In this document: piece by piece, positions 24,745-35,541 of the stretch
How the letters are laid out: the number at the start of each line of letters is the position of its first letter
How positions within the stretch are numbered: position 1 is the stretch's first letter
Assembly: GCA_963773065.1 (NCBI GenBank)
Contig: CAVYZN010000023.1
Span: forward strand, 64,001 to 128,000
Length of the DNA stretch: 64,000 nt
Direction of reading: 5' to 3'
Source: an uncultured Gammaproteobacteria bacterium
Lineage (GTDB): Bacteria; Pseudomonadota; Gammaproteobacteria; UBA9214
Notes under the pieces: model-generated
Seen by the model: only the letters and a program-made list of their open reading frames with translations
What the model was told of the DNA's origin: nothing
Database searches by the model: none
Translations under genes and position numbers: made by a program

Positions 24745-25999
24745 TCACCGGTCGATTTCCCCGAACACGATGTCCTGCGAGCCGATTATCGCCACCACGT
24801 CGGCCAGCATGTGGCCGCGCACCATCTCGTTCAAGCTGGCCAGATGGGGGAAGCCGGGGGCGCGCACCTTCAGCCGGTAGGGCTTGTTGGCGCCATCCGA
24901 GATCAGGTACACGCCGAATTCGCCCTTCGGGTGCTCGACCGCGGCGTAGGCCTCGCCCTCGGGGATGCAGAAACCCTCGGTGAACAGCTTGAAATGATGG
25001 ATCAGGGCCTCCATGTCGGCCTTCATTTCCTCGCGCCGCGGCGGCGTCAGCTTGTGATCGTCCAGCATCACCGGCCCGGGATTGCCCGCGCAACCACTCG
25101 ATGCACTGTTTGATGATGCGGTTGGACTGGCGCATCTCCTCGATGCGCACCAGATAGCGATCATAGCAGTCGCCGGTCGCGCCCACCGGGATGTCGAAAT
25201 CCATGCGCTCGTAGACCGCGTAGGGCTGCTTCTTGCGCAGGTCCCACTCGACCCCGGAGCCGCGCAGCATCGGGCCGGTGAAGCCAAGCTGCAGGGCGCG
25301 CTCCGGCGGCACCACGCCGATGCCGACGGTGCGCTGTTTCCAGATGCGGTTGTCGGTCAGCAGGGTTTCGTAGTCGTCCACGCAGCGCGGGAAGCGCTCG
25401 GTGAAGGCCGCGATGAAATCGAGCAGCGAGCCCTGGCGGTCCGCGTTCTTGCGGTCCACCTCCTTCTGGTTGTGCCATTTCGAGGCCGCGTATTTGGGCA
25501 TGGCTTCCGGCAGGTCGCGATAGACGCCGCCGGGGCGGTAATAGGTCGCGTGCATGCGCGTGCCCGAGACCGCCTCGTAGCAGTCCATCAGGTCCTCGCG
25601 CTCGCGGAAGGTGTAGAGGAACACCGTCATCGCGCCGATATCGAGCCCGTGCGCGCCGAGCCACAGCAGGTGGTTCAGGATGCGGGTGATCTCGTCGAAC
25701 ATGACGCGGATGTACTGGGCGCGCAGCGGCGGCGTCACCCCCAGCAGCTTCTCCATGGCGAGCACATAACCGTGCTCGTTGCACATCATGGAGACGTAGT
25801 CGAGGCGGTCCATGTAGCCGATGCTCTGGTTCCAGGGCTTGCTCTCGGCGAGCTTCTCCGTGCCGCGATGCAACAGGCCGATGTGCGGGTCGGCGCGCTC
25901 GATCACCTCGCCGTCCAGCTCCAGCACCAGGCGCAGCACGCCGTGGGCCGCCGGGTGCTGCGGGCCGAAGTTGAGGGTGTAATTGCGGATCTCGGGCAT
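24745..25999 (-). CDS. nuoD: NADH-quinone oxidoreductase subunit D (apparent frameshift ~25090)
   Basis: [33 protein letters not shown]. Confidence 0.98.
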
Positions 26000-26002
26000 G
26001 GC

Positions 26003-26734
26003 TTATTCCGCCGCTTCCGCGGCTTTCGGCGCATCGGGCGCCGCGGGCCTCGCGGCGCGGATCACCTTGGGCACGAGCACGCGCGGTTCGATGCTGACCG
26101 GCTGGTAGACGACGCGCCGCTTCTCGGGGTCGTAGATGACCTCGACGTTGCCGCTCAGCGGGAAGTCCTTGCGGAACGGATAGCCGATGAAGCCGTAATC
26201 GGTGAGCAGGCGGCGCAGGTCCGGATGGCCGTCGAACAGGATGCCGAACAGGTCGAACGCCTCGCGCTCGTACCAGTCGGCGCTGTTCCAGACCGTGATC
26301 ACGGACGGCACCACCGGCAGCGCGTCCTCGGCGGCGTACACGCGCAGGCGCAGGCGGTGGTTCCGAGCGAGGGACAGCAGGTGATAGACCACGGCGAAGC
26401 GTTGCGCCGCCCAGGGTTTCTCCACCACCAGATCCTCCGTGACCGCCGTCAGGCGGCCTTCGGTCCAGGCCTCGACGCCGCGGCTGAAGCCGGAAGTCGA
26501 GGATTCCTCGGTGGTCCATTCATCCTTGCCGTAACTGGCATAGTCCACGCCGCACAGGTCGACCAGCATTTCAAAGGCAAACGCCGGCTCGTCGCGCAGC
26601 GCGGTGGCCACGGCCAACAGGTTTTCCGGCGCCACCTCGACCGTGACCTCGCCCACCGCCACCGTCACGGAGCGCAGGCGGTCGCCGAAGCGTTGCTTGA
26701 GTTGCTCTGCGAGCCGGCTGGGACTATCGGTCAT
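26003..26734 (-). CDS. nuoC: NADH-quinone oxidoreductase subunit C
   Basis: [36 protein letters not shown]. Confidence 0.98.
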   Translation of the reverse strand: MTDSPSRLAEQLKQRFGDRLRSVTVAVGEVTVEVAPENLLAVATALRDEPAFAFEMLVDLCGVDYASYGKDEWTTEESSTSGFSRGVEAWTEGRLTAVTEDLVVEKPWAAQRFAVVYHLLSLARNHRLRLRVYAAEDALPVVPSVITVWNSADWYEREAFDLFGILFDGHPDLRRLLTDYGFIGYPFRKDFPLSGNVEVIYDPEKRRVVYQPVSIEPRVLVPKVIRAARPAAPDAPKAAEAAE

Positions 26735-26745
26735 GGACGGTGCCC

Positions 26746-27222
26746 TCAGCGGGCGATGGTGTTGGTGCGGCGGATCTTGTTCTGCAGTTGCATGATGCCG
26801 TACAGCAGGGCTTCGGCGGTCGGGGGGCAGCCCGGCACGTAGATGTCGACCGGGACGATCCGGTCGCAGCCGCGCACCACCGCGTAGGAGTAATGGTAAT
26901 AGCCGCCGCCGTTGGCGCAGGAACCCATGGAGATCACCCAGCGCGGTTCGGCCATCTGGTCATAGACCTTGCGCAGCGCCGGGGCCATCTTGTTCACCAG
27001 CGTGCCGGCGACGATCATCACGTCCGACTGGCGCGGGCTGGGGCGGAAGATGATGCCGAAGCGGTCCAGGTCATAGCGCGAGGCGCCGGCCTGCATCATC
27101 TCGACGGCGCAGCACGCCAGGCCGAAGGTCATCGGCCACAGCGAGCCGGTGCGCGCCCAGTTGATGAGCTGATCCGCCGTGGTGGTGACGAAGCCTTCCT
27201 TGAGCATCCCCTCTATTCCCAT
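26746..27222 (-). CDS. nuoB: NADH-quinone oxidoreductase subunit B
   Basis: [22 protein letters not shown]. Confidence 0.98.
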   Translation of the reverse strand: MGIEGMLKEGFVTTTADQLINWARTGSLWPMTFGLACCAVEMMQAGASRYDLDRFGIIFRPSPRQSDVMIVAGTLVNKMAPALRKVYDQMAEPRWVISMGSCANGGGYYHYSYAVVRGCDRIVPVDIYVPGCPPTAEALLYGIMQLQNKIRRTNTIAR

Positions 27223-27569
27223 TCGAGGGCGCCCTTCTTCCACTCGTAGATGAAGCCGATCACCAGGATCGCCAGGAAGATCATCATGGCGACAAAGCCG
27301 AATAGGCCGATGGAATCCAGCACCACGGCCCAGGGGAACAGGAAGGCGATCTCGAGATCGAAGATGATGAACAGGATGGCGACCAGGTAGTAGCGCACGT
27401 CGAAGCGCATGCGCGAATCCTCGAAGGCCTCGAAGCCGCACTCATAGGGCGAGAGTTTTTCGCTATCGGGTTTGTGCGGCGCCAGCAGGAACCCCGCCAG
27501 GATCGGGAGTACGCCGACGGCGATGCCGATGGCGATGAAGATCATGATGGGCAGGTAATTATCCAGCAT
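27213..27569 (-). CDS. nuoA: NADH-quinone oxidoreductase subunit A
   Basis: [32 protein letters not shown]. Confidence 0.99.
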   Translation of the reverse strand: MLDNYLPIMIFIAIGIAVGVLPILAGFLLAPHKPDSEKLSPYECGFEAFEDSRMRFDVRYYLVAILFIIFDLEIAFLFPWAVVLDSIGLFGFVAMMIFLAILVIGFIYEWKKGALEWE

Positions 27570-28060
27570 CTAAAAACCGCCTCGCGCGCCCCGGTCAACC
27601 GAGACCCGGCGCAATTGCAGAGTTTATGAAGAATTGGACCGGCCATGAAAAAGGATGTTGCAGTCTAGGCCAGCCGGGCGACGGGTGTCAAGTTGGAGGC
27701 TGTCTGTTTTATCTATATTTTTCTTATGCTTAGTCTATTTTCTAGGGGTATAAAAAATACCCGTGCAAGGCCCGCCGGAGCCGGCGGATGCGCCGGGTCA
27801 ACAAACCGGAAAATGTTGCACGCGGCGCGGGATCGATCCGCTTCGGGAAATATGGTGCCGATGGCACTGCCCATCTTGGGCATTTGCCGAGCAAGTAACA
27901 TCGCGGCGGAACTAAGGGCTGCCCTGAGTACGTCCCTGGCTGAAGCCAGACGCCGTCCGAAGTCACGCGTAGTGGGATGTCCGGCGCCATAGGCACCAAG
28001 GAGCGCGAGGAAATGGACGCCAGACGCGCGGAAGGCTGATAAAAACGGCAGATACGGGCA

Positions 28061-31000
28061 TTATCTCGACCTACCCGCTACTGCCCCATGTCTGAGACCG
28101 GGGCCTGGTTTACGGCGGCGGCATCCCTGCCGCCTCGAGCGGCTTACTGGGCTAGGTACGCAGGTACCGGTACAGTAGCTCTCGTTGTGGCACACGGCGC
28201 AGCACACCGGCTGACCCTTGACCACGGTGTTCCCGCTGAAGGAGCGGTTGGCAAGCACGCGCGAGAGTGGCGTGCCGCAACTGTTGCTGCGGCTGGTGCC
28301 GCAGTGGCAGGCCTGGCAGTTGGCGGTGTAGTTGCCGCACAGATTGCTGTGGTTGCTGCTGCTCGACCACGGGGTGCTGCCGGCCGCGATAGGGTGCAGC
28401 AGTGCGGTGCCGTTCAGGTTGTTACGGGTTGGTAGTGCAGTGGCAGGTGGTGCAGTCAGTGATGGTGCCGCTGTGGCCTGCAACTGGGTGGCGGTGACGT
28501 TGTCGTTGGCATTCGGATTGGCGTTCGGCCACTCCGCATGGGTCGCCCGTGGCAGGCCTCGCACATCACCCCGCTGTGGCCCGTGCTCACCCGGTAGAGC
28601 TGCGGATTGCCGCGCCGCGTTGGGAGTGCAGTTGAAGGATGCCGGCACCGCGGGTTCGCGAAGCGCTTGTTGGTCGGCACGATCGGCGTCGCCTTGGCAT
28701 CGCCGGTGCGGAACGCCTGGCGCAGGCGGATGCAGTCAGTGTAGCCGTTGCTGTACACCAGTATTGACGACGAGACCGCCGCCGGTGGTCACCCGGCTGA
28801 CCGCATCACCCGTATGGCAGGAACCGCAGCCGGGTTCGTTGGCCCAGGCACGAGGGCGTGTTGGCGTTGGTGTAGAAGTACTTCGCCAGGATGAAGGCCC
28901 CCGCGTTGCTCGGCGAGACGTTCTTCGAGAAGTAGTTGCCGACCTGGAGCATCGAACAGTGGCAGTCGCTGCACAGCACGTCCGCATTGAACATCGCCCG
29001 CGCAGGCACTTGGTGTTGGTGCCGGGTGGCACTCGTAGCAACTGTTCTCCAGCGCCGTAGTGCGCGCGCTCTGGTTGGTGATATTGCCGTTGGCATCCTG
29101 TACGGAGCCGGGATGGTGGGGAACATCGCACCGCCGTTTCTATCCAGCGCGTGATGGAGCCATGGTGGTTGTGCATCACGCGTGAATTGCTCTGGTGACC
29201 CACCTGGTTACGCCCGTTGGCGATCGTGCCGGTAGCGCCGGCCAGTGGGCCGAGCTGCGCCAGGTCGAGCGCCGGGGTGTAGTGGCAGACCTGACAGACC
29301 ACGGGCTTGCCCTGCACCAGCGCCTTGTTGATCAGGCAGCTCGGCGTCCCGTTCGGGGTGCCACTGTTGATGGTGCAGGGATCGGCCGCGTGCTGAGGCA
29401 GTTCTCCCCCCCGTGTCACACGCAGTGCTCACGTAGTGGGATCCGTGCTTCAGGTAGTGCAGGCGCAGCAGGTTGATGTCTGCGGCGTACTCCAGGCTGA
29501 CTTGGGCGGCATGTTGCTGTCCGGGTAGTTCAGGCTGGTCGCCACCGGCAAGCGGCGTGCTGAGCGTAGTGGTGGGAATGTCGGTGCGATTGGCCACACC
29601 GTGCACGCTGGTGTAATCGGTGTTGGTGCTGTGGCAGGTGACGCAGCTCGCCTCACCGGAGATGGGCAGTACCGTGTCCACTGTGGAGAGCACCGTGCCG
29701 CCCGTGTTCTTCGCCTGCACCCGCACCAGCGGGTAGGCGTTCTCCAGTCCGAAGTAGTCGAAGGACGCGTACGGAATGCCCGCAGCCTCGAACCAGTCGA
29801 CATTCGCCGCCACGTAGCCGAAGGGGAAGTTGGTGAAGAACGGCTTGTTGATGAAGTGCTCCTGGACCAGTTGCGGAACGTTGTTGGTGTACGGGTTACC
29901 GATCCCGGGCATGGCATGCAGCACCGCTTCCAGGGTCACGTCGCTGCCGCCGAACTGTCCATCACTGCCGATGTAGAACTTCTCCATGTTCGGCACCGGC
30001 AGCCCGTGTACGCGTGACGTTGAACGGCGGGCCGGCGAGCGGGGTCAAGGTCGCACTCGGACCCACCAGCGGGTTGTAGGCCGGATAGAACGGGTCATAG
30101 GTCCCGGCCGGGATCACATTCCAGAAGTTGGTCTTGTAGGTGCTGCCGTCATCGCGCACCCCGTTCAGGACCCCCGACAGGCCGAGGATCGGGTCGTTGG
30201 CGTTCGCCGCCGCCGAGTAGTACAGGCTCACGCCCGCCGGGTTCAGCGTCGGAGTGGTCCCTTTCTGCACCACCTGCGCCAGCAACACCTGGAACGGCGG
30301 CAGGATGCTCGCGATGCGGGTATCCAGGTCGCCGCAATGCATGCCGAGGTCGTTGATGGCCAGCACGCTGTAGCTCGTGTTCGCCACCTGCGACTGCACC
30401 GGCACGACCGTGGTCACCGCGTTCACCGAGTTCTGGCTGGTGGAGTTGATGGAGGTGTTGGGCGCTCCGCCGTCGTTGTCGGTGATGGTGCCGACTCCCT
30501 GGGCGTCGGCGATAGTCGCGTTGCTCGGGTTCGACAGGTTGACGTTGAAGGTCTCGGTCGACTCCGCCGTGGTGTCGTTGATGGTGGTCACCGCGAAGGT
30601 CTGGGTCGTGGTGTTTGGCGCGAAGGTCAGCGTCACGTTGCTGCGGGCGGTGTAGTCGCCGGGAGCCACAGCGGTGCCGTTGGCGGTGCTGGCGGCGACC
30701 GTCACCGTCGAGGTGGAGGCCGCCGACAGGCTCACGGTAAAGTTGGCGGTGCCGCCCTCGGTCACGGTCACGTCGTTGATCGAGAGGCTGGTCTGGGCCG
30801 CGTCGTTGTCGTTGATGGTGCCCACGCCCTGGGCATCAGCGATAGTCGCGTTGCTCGGGTTCGACAGGTTGACGTTGAAGGTCTCGGTCAACTCCGCCGT
30901 GGTGTCGTTGATGGTCGTCACCGCGAAGGTCTGGGTCGTGGTGCTAACCGGGAAGCTCAGCGTCACATTGCTGCGGGCGGTGTAGTCGCCGGGAGCCACA

Positions 31001-31864
31001 GCGGTGCCGTTGGCGGTGCTGGCGGCGACCGTCACCGTCGTCGTGGACGCAGCAGAAAGGCTAACAGTGAAGTTGGCGGTGCTGCTCTCGGTCACGGTCA
31101 CGTTATTGATCGAGAGGCTGGGCTGGGCCGTGTCGTTGTCGTTAATGGTGCCCACGCCCTGACTGTCGGCGATAGTCGCGTTGCTCGGGTTCGATAGGTT
31201 GACGTTGAAGGTCTCGGTCGATTCCGCCGTGGTGTCGTTGATGGTCGTCACCGCGAAGGTCTGGGTCGTGGTGCCCGGGTTAAAGGTCAGCGTCACGTTG
31301 CTGCGGGCGGCGTAGTCGCCGGGAGCCACAGCGCTGCCGTTGGCGGTGCTAGCGGCGACAGTCACCGTCTGCGTGGAGGCGGCCGACAGGCTCACGGTAA
31401 AGTTGGCGGTGCCGCCCTCGGTCACGGTCACGTTGTTGATCGAGAGGCTGGGCTGCGCCGTGTCGTTGTCGTTGATGGTGCCGACACCTGAGCGTCGCTG
31501 ATCGTGCCCTTGCTGGGGTTACTCAGGTTGACGTTGAAGGTCTCGGTAGTCTCCGGCGTCGTGTTCTGAATGGTACTGACCGAGATGGTTTGAGTGGTGA
31601 CGCCATTATTGAATGTAAGGGTGCCGCTACTCGCCGTGTAGTCCGAACCGGACTGGGCAGTGCCGTTCGCGGTCGCATAGTTGATCGTCATACGCCCGTT
31701 AGTGCCGTTGGCGCGGGTCACCGTGAAGGTCGCGGTGCCCCCCTCGGTGACCGTCTGGTCGTTGATGCTCCAGGTCGTAGCCTGGGCCGCGAGCGCGGAG
31801 CCCGCCAGGAGCATGAAGGCCGTGCACAACCGCCAGAACCGGGCGTGGTTTGAAGTATGAGTCA
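28061..31864 (-). CDS. Secreted multiheme c-type cytochrome, copy 2: signal peptide + 4 Calx-beta + ~9 CxxCH. Many frameshifts (sequencing error or decay).
   Basis: MTHTSNHARFWRLCTAFMLLAGSALAAQA; Calx-beta units; NDLGMHCGD; CVTCH, CQVCH, CYECH, CSDCH, CGSCH, CEACH, CTTCH, CQACH, CAVCH read across frames; highly similar to 1-2366. Confidence 0.8.
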
Positions 31865-32410
31865 TCGTCGCTATCCTCCACCATGGTGTTGAGCTCAATT
31901 CCCAGCCCTCTTTAAGGAGACACCGGAACCGGAACGCTAACAGAGTCGATTAAAAAATAGATAGCAAACGTCTTCTCGCCGCACGGTTGCGGTGGTTGCT
32001 GCTGATGTTGCCATCACGTGAACTAAAGATGATGTGGAAAGTTTTCAAATTATTTTGGGACATTTTACCCAATTATTACTATGAGTCAACAGTGCAAAGT
32101 CAAACTAAGCGGCCAGCTATGCACCCTCGTTGACCCGTTCGAGAACGCGAATACCGCAACCGCTAACGGCCTGTCACCCCTCATGAAGTCGCGGTCATTG
32201 CGCTGCGAAATAGCCAAGGCGAATTGGGATTCGCCGCTGTTGAATGTACCTGTATGTAGTGCCGGATATACGGGAGGGCCTTTTCCCATTCTCCTGAGTA
32301 TGCTTTCTTCGTGTCGTACAGGGTATCCCCCTCAAGGAACATACAGGCCGATACGGCTTCAGAGAAGGCGGCCGGCACTGCCCATGCGAACCCGTCAAAG
32401 AATCTCTCGC

Positions 32411-32908
32411 TCATTTGCCTCCTGGCAACCCAACTGCCCCGCCAGCGATTGCTACCACGAGTGGATGCACAAGAAATCTCCGTAGCAGGCCCATTGCTTC
32501 CTGCTTTTGCTCCTGTGTCGCATTGGCATTGTCAATGAGTTGGACCAGCTCTTCAACACTCTGGGTGACTCGCTGCCTGTTGTTATCCCCTACGATGACA
32601 TTGGTCGAGCCGGAGACGTTGACTGTGTTGTTTTGCACGAACTCCACCTTTATGTCTGAAGTCGCTTCACCCTCAACCACATCAATTCCAAATGCAGAGA
32701 TTTTTCCTATGCCATCGTTAACCGCACCATAAGACTTCAGGGACTTCCATTCGATAAGACCATGCTGACCTAGCTGGTCGCTGATTGCGAGAATGTCGTC
32801 CTCAGTGATGGGGACCTCAAAGTCGCTGGGCTGAGGTAGGTACATCCCACCGCGACGGTTCTCGTAGTACCGCTGCAGGACCAAGCCCCGGAGTTGTGTG
32901 TCCTTCAC
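32411..32908 (-). CDS. Hypothetical protein (winged-helix-like N-terminus, Asn/Val-rich linker, helical C-terminus), lower GC
   Basis: Open frame; GTG start after GGGGAG (MKDTQLRGLVLQRYY...); codon usage differs from the backbone. Confidence 0.65.
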   Translation of the reverse strand: MKDTQLRGLVLQRYYENRRGGMYLPQPSDFEVPITEDDILAISDQLGQHGLIEWKSLKSYGAVNDGIGKISAFGIDVVEGEATSDIKVEFVQNNTVNVSGSTNVIVGDNNRQRVTQSVEELVQLIDNANATQEQKQEAMGLLRRFLVHPLVVAIAGGAVGLPGGK

Positions 32909-32994
32909 TGTGCGTAGCTCCCCGCCACCAATATTACTAGCAATAGTTACTAGCGAATTTCTATAATTTATTGTTTTTATAACTACTTTCAATA

Positions 32995-33079
32995 TGGTGC
33001 CGATGGCCGGACTCGAACCGGCATGGCTTGCGCCACTGCCCCCTCAAGACAGCGTGTCTACCAATTTCACCACATCGGC
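32995..33079 (-). tRNA. leuU: tRNA-Leu (GAG)
   Basis: 85 nt GCCGATGTGGTGAAATTGGTAGACACGCTGTCTTGAGGGGGCAG...GTTCGAGTCCGGCCATCGGCACCA; long variable arm; follows secG. Confidence 0.97.
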
Positions 33080-33113
33080 CTGATTCGAAACGCTACGCCG
33101 CAAGCGGCGCGGC

Positions 33114-33703
33114 TTATTCAGGTAAATCATCCACCTTCTTGTCCGGCGTCGCGGGTGCCTTCGGCGCAATGCCGGCAGCGGCTGGTTTCTTTGCAGCCGG
33201 TTTCTTGCGGTTTCGGGCGCCGGTTTCTCGGTCGCCGCTTTCTTTTCCGCCGGTTTGACAACAGCCGGTTGCACGGCTGCCGGTGTCTCGGCGGCCGGCT
33301 TCTCTGCCACCGGGTTCTCGGCGGCCGGCGCCGGAGTGATTTCCGGAAGGTCCGGCGCCGCGCTCTTCAACTTGTCGAGGGTGGCGGCCGTTTCTTCCTG
33401 CTGCGCGGCTTTCTGCTGGGCATTCTGCTGCTCGATCTGCTCGACCACGCTCTCGGGCGCTGCGCGGCCCACGTGGCGCACCAGCGGCGAGGCGATCAAC
33501 AGGCAGTTGATGAAGAACACAGCCGCCATGATGGCGGTCGCCCGCGTGAAGAACGACCCCGAGCCGCGCGACCCGAAGACCGTGCCCGAGGCGCCGCTGC
33601 CAAACCCGGCGCCCATGTCGGCGCCCTTGCCCTGTTGCAAGAGCACCAGGGTGATGATGCTGATGGACACCAGGATCTGCACAACCAGTAGTAAGGTAAA
33701 CAT
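33114..33703 (-). CDS. secG: Preprotein translocase SecG with long Ala/Pro/Lys/Glu-rich tail (apparent frameshift ~33210)
   Basis: LVLLQQGKGADMGAGFGSGASGTVFGS; the tail continues in another frame to KKVDDLPE*, which avoids overlapping the tRNA. Confidence 0.93.
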
Positions 33704-33742
33704 AGGCGACCGTCAATTCAGCGTTAATACATTTATATAAGA

Positions 33743-34504
33743 TCAGCGGCGGACATTGCCGGCCCGGCCGATCGCCAGAAAATCCTGCGCATCCAGGGAG
33801 GCGCCGCCGATCAGACCGCCGTCGATATCCGCCATGGCGAGAAGCTCCGCGGCATTGCTGCCCTTGACGCTGCCGCCGTAGAGAATCCGGACCTTCGCCG
33901 CGACGGCCTTGTCCAGGCCGGCCAGCTTGCCGCGGATGAAGGCGTGTACATCCTGCGCCTGCTGCGGTGAGGCGGTCCTGCCGGTGCCGATTGCCCAGAC
34001 CGGTTCGTAGGCGATCACGGCGGCGGCCAGCGCGCCGACGCCCTCGAGGGCGATGACGGCGTCCAGTTGACGGCCGACGACCTGCTCGGTGATGCCCTGC
34101 TCCCGTTCCTCCAGCAGCTCGCCCACGCACAGGATCGGCACCAGTCCGGCCTTGCGCGCGGCGGCGAACTTGCGCGCCGTGAAGTCGTCGCTTTCGCCGT
34201 AGATGCTGCGCCGCTCGGAATGCCCCACGATGGCGTATTTGCAGCCGACATCGGTCAGCATGCCGGGCGCCACCTCGCCGGTATGAGCCCCGGATTCCCG
34301 GTCGTTGACGTCCTGGGCGCCGAGCGCGACCGAGGTCCCCTTTAGCATGGCGGCCACCTGCGGGAGGTAGACGTAGGGCGGGCAGACCGCCAGTTCCGCC
34401 GTGGTGACCATAGCCAGGCCGGCCTTGATCCCCTCGACCAGCTTTTTGATGCTGGCGAGCGATCCGTTCATCTTCCAGTTACCGGCGACCAGTGGCTGAC
34501 GCAT
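33743..34504 (-). CDS. tpiA: Triosephosphate isomerase
   Basis: VAGNWKMN, GHSERR, AYEPVWAIGTG, YGGSV, GGASL. Confidence 0.99.
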   Translation of the reverse strand: MRQPLVAGNWKMNGSLASIKKLVEGIKAGLAMVTTAELAVCPPYVYLPQVAAMLKGTSVALGAQDVNDRESGAHTGEVAPGMLTDVGCKYAIVGHSERRSIYGESDDFTARKFAAARKAGLVPILCVGELLEEREQGITEQVVGRQLDAVIALEGVGALAAAVIAYEPVWAIGTGRTASPQQAQDVHAFIRGKLAGLDKAVAAKVRILYGGSVKGSNAAELLAMADIDGGLIGGASLDAQDFLAIGRAGNVRR

Positions 34505-34800
34505 TTCGACCTCCCGTGAAAGCAGGCCGGGTAGCTTAGCGATCCGGGACCGGAAAATCAATTTGTCCGGTGAAATGCTTGTTTGCGCAGGAACCTTCGC
34601 TCATGAATGAGCAGACCCCTCAATTGCCTCAGGAACCGTGCGGCCCGGCGGACCTTTCCCCCCCGGCAAGGAAACGCGACCCAGGGTGAGACGCTCAGGC
34701 AACACCGTTTCGTGAAAAATTCACGTAGCCGGGAAAAAGCCCGGTTATTGACTATGATTACGGTACAAAACCCAATGGACCCCGGTAAAGGAGGATCGCT

Positions 34801-35169
34801 ATGGCCAGGAAAGCGCTTTGCATCGGCATCAACAACTACCCCGGTACTCACATGGATCTGCAGGGCTGCGTCAACGACGCCCAGGATTGGGCCGCGGTTT
34901 TGCAGGCACGCGGCTACACGGTCACCACTCTGCTCGACAAACACGCCACCAAGGCCGCGATGGTACAGGCGATGTCGGACCTGATCGGCGCGGCGGGCAA
35001 CGGCGCTTTCACCTACTACGCACTGAAAACGCTCAAGGCGCTGAAGCCGGACGCCAGTTATGCGGACTGGAACAAGGCCATCGGCGCTTATCTGCCGTCC
35101 GCCAGTTACCCGCAGAGTCCGCAACTCGTGGGCAACAAGACGGCGCGCGGGCAGAAGGTTTTTGGCTGA
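34801..35169 (+). pseudogene. Metacaspase (peptidase C14) with in-frame internal deletion of the catalytic core
   Basis: AAGGAGG RBS; N-terminal KALCIGINNY..DLQGCVNDA joined directly to C-terminal NGAFTYYAL...YPQSPQL; no SGHG or DxCH. Confidence 0.75.
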
Positions 35170-35236
35170 CCAGTATCCAAGTAAGAAGTGAGAAGTAAAA
35201 AAGTAAGGTCCGGAGCCACCGCCCCGGCACCCGACC

Positions 35237-35464
35237 ATGAACATCTTAGCCATCACACTTTGGCAGATGAATGAGAACCTCCCCGCTTTGAAACTGATGC
35301 GGGCTGCTGCCGAGGGCCGCACGCGCGTGCTGGGGTCGAATCATCCCGATGCGGTCAACTCGCGGCAGATGTTTGCGCAGATGTCGGCAGCATTAAGTGG
35401 TAAACGAATAGGCTTTGTAGACAGGAAAAGAATCATCAGAGGGAACTTGCAAAGCACCAGGTAA
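35237..35464 (+). pseudogene. TPR remnant (kinesin-light-chain-like repeat)
   Basis: MNILAITL...RTRVLGSNHPDAVNSR resembles one LGxxHP TPR unit. Confidence 0.45.
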
Positions 35465-35541
35465 AACCTTCAGGCGAGTGCCACGTTTGAAAGGGACAGG
35501 ACGCAAATAGGGAATAATCAGGACCAAAGGAGAACGACATC

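Larger units (their letters stand above)
27849..33007. mobile_element. tRNA-Leu-anchored genomic islet (island B), no integrase visible
   Basis: 17-bp direct repeat aatatggtgccgatggc at 27849-27865 and 32991-33007 (tRNA-Leu 3' end); interrupts the secG-tRNA-Leu-nuoA order; AT-richer part at 31.9-33.0 kb. Confidence 0.75.

Noticed and set aside
23180-25999. 939-aa NuoD-NuoE fusion ORF
   Set aside because: Produced by a frameshift near 25090 reading through the REP. The proper NuoD end (FGEIDR*) is in another frame.
11660-26000. Apparent pseudogenisation of rimP and most nuo genes
   Set aside because: Single-base frameshifts also hit infB, secG and dapB while residues stay conserved. Long-read consensus error explains this better than gene decay.
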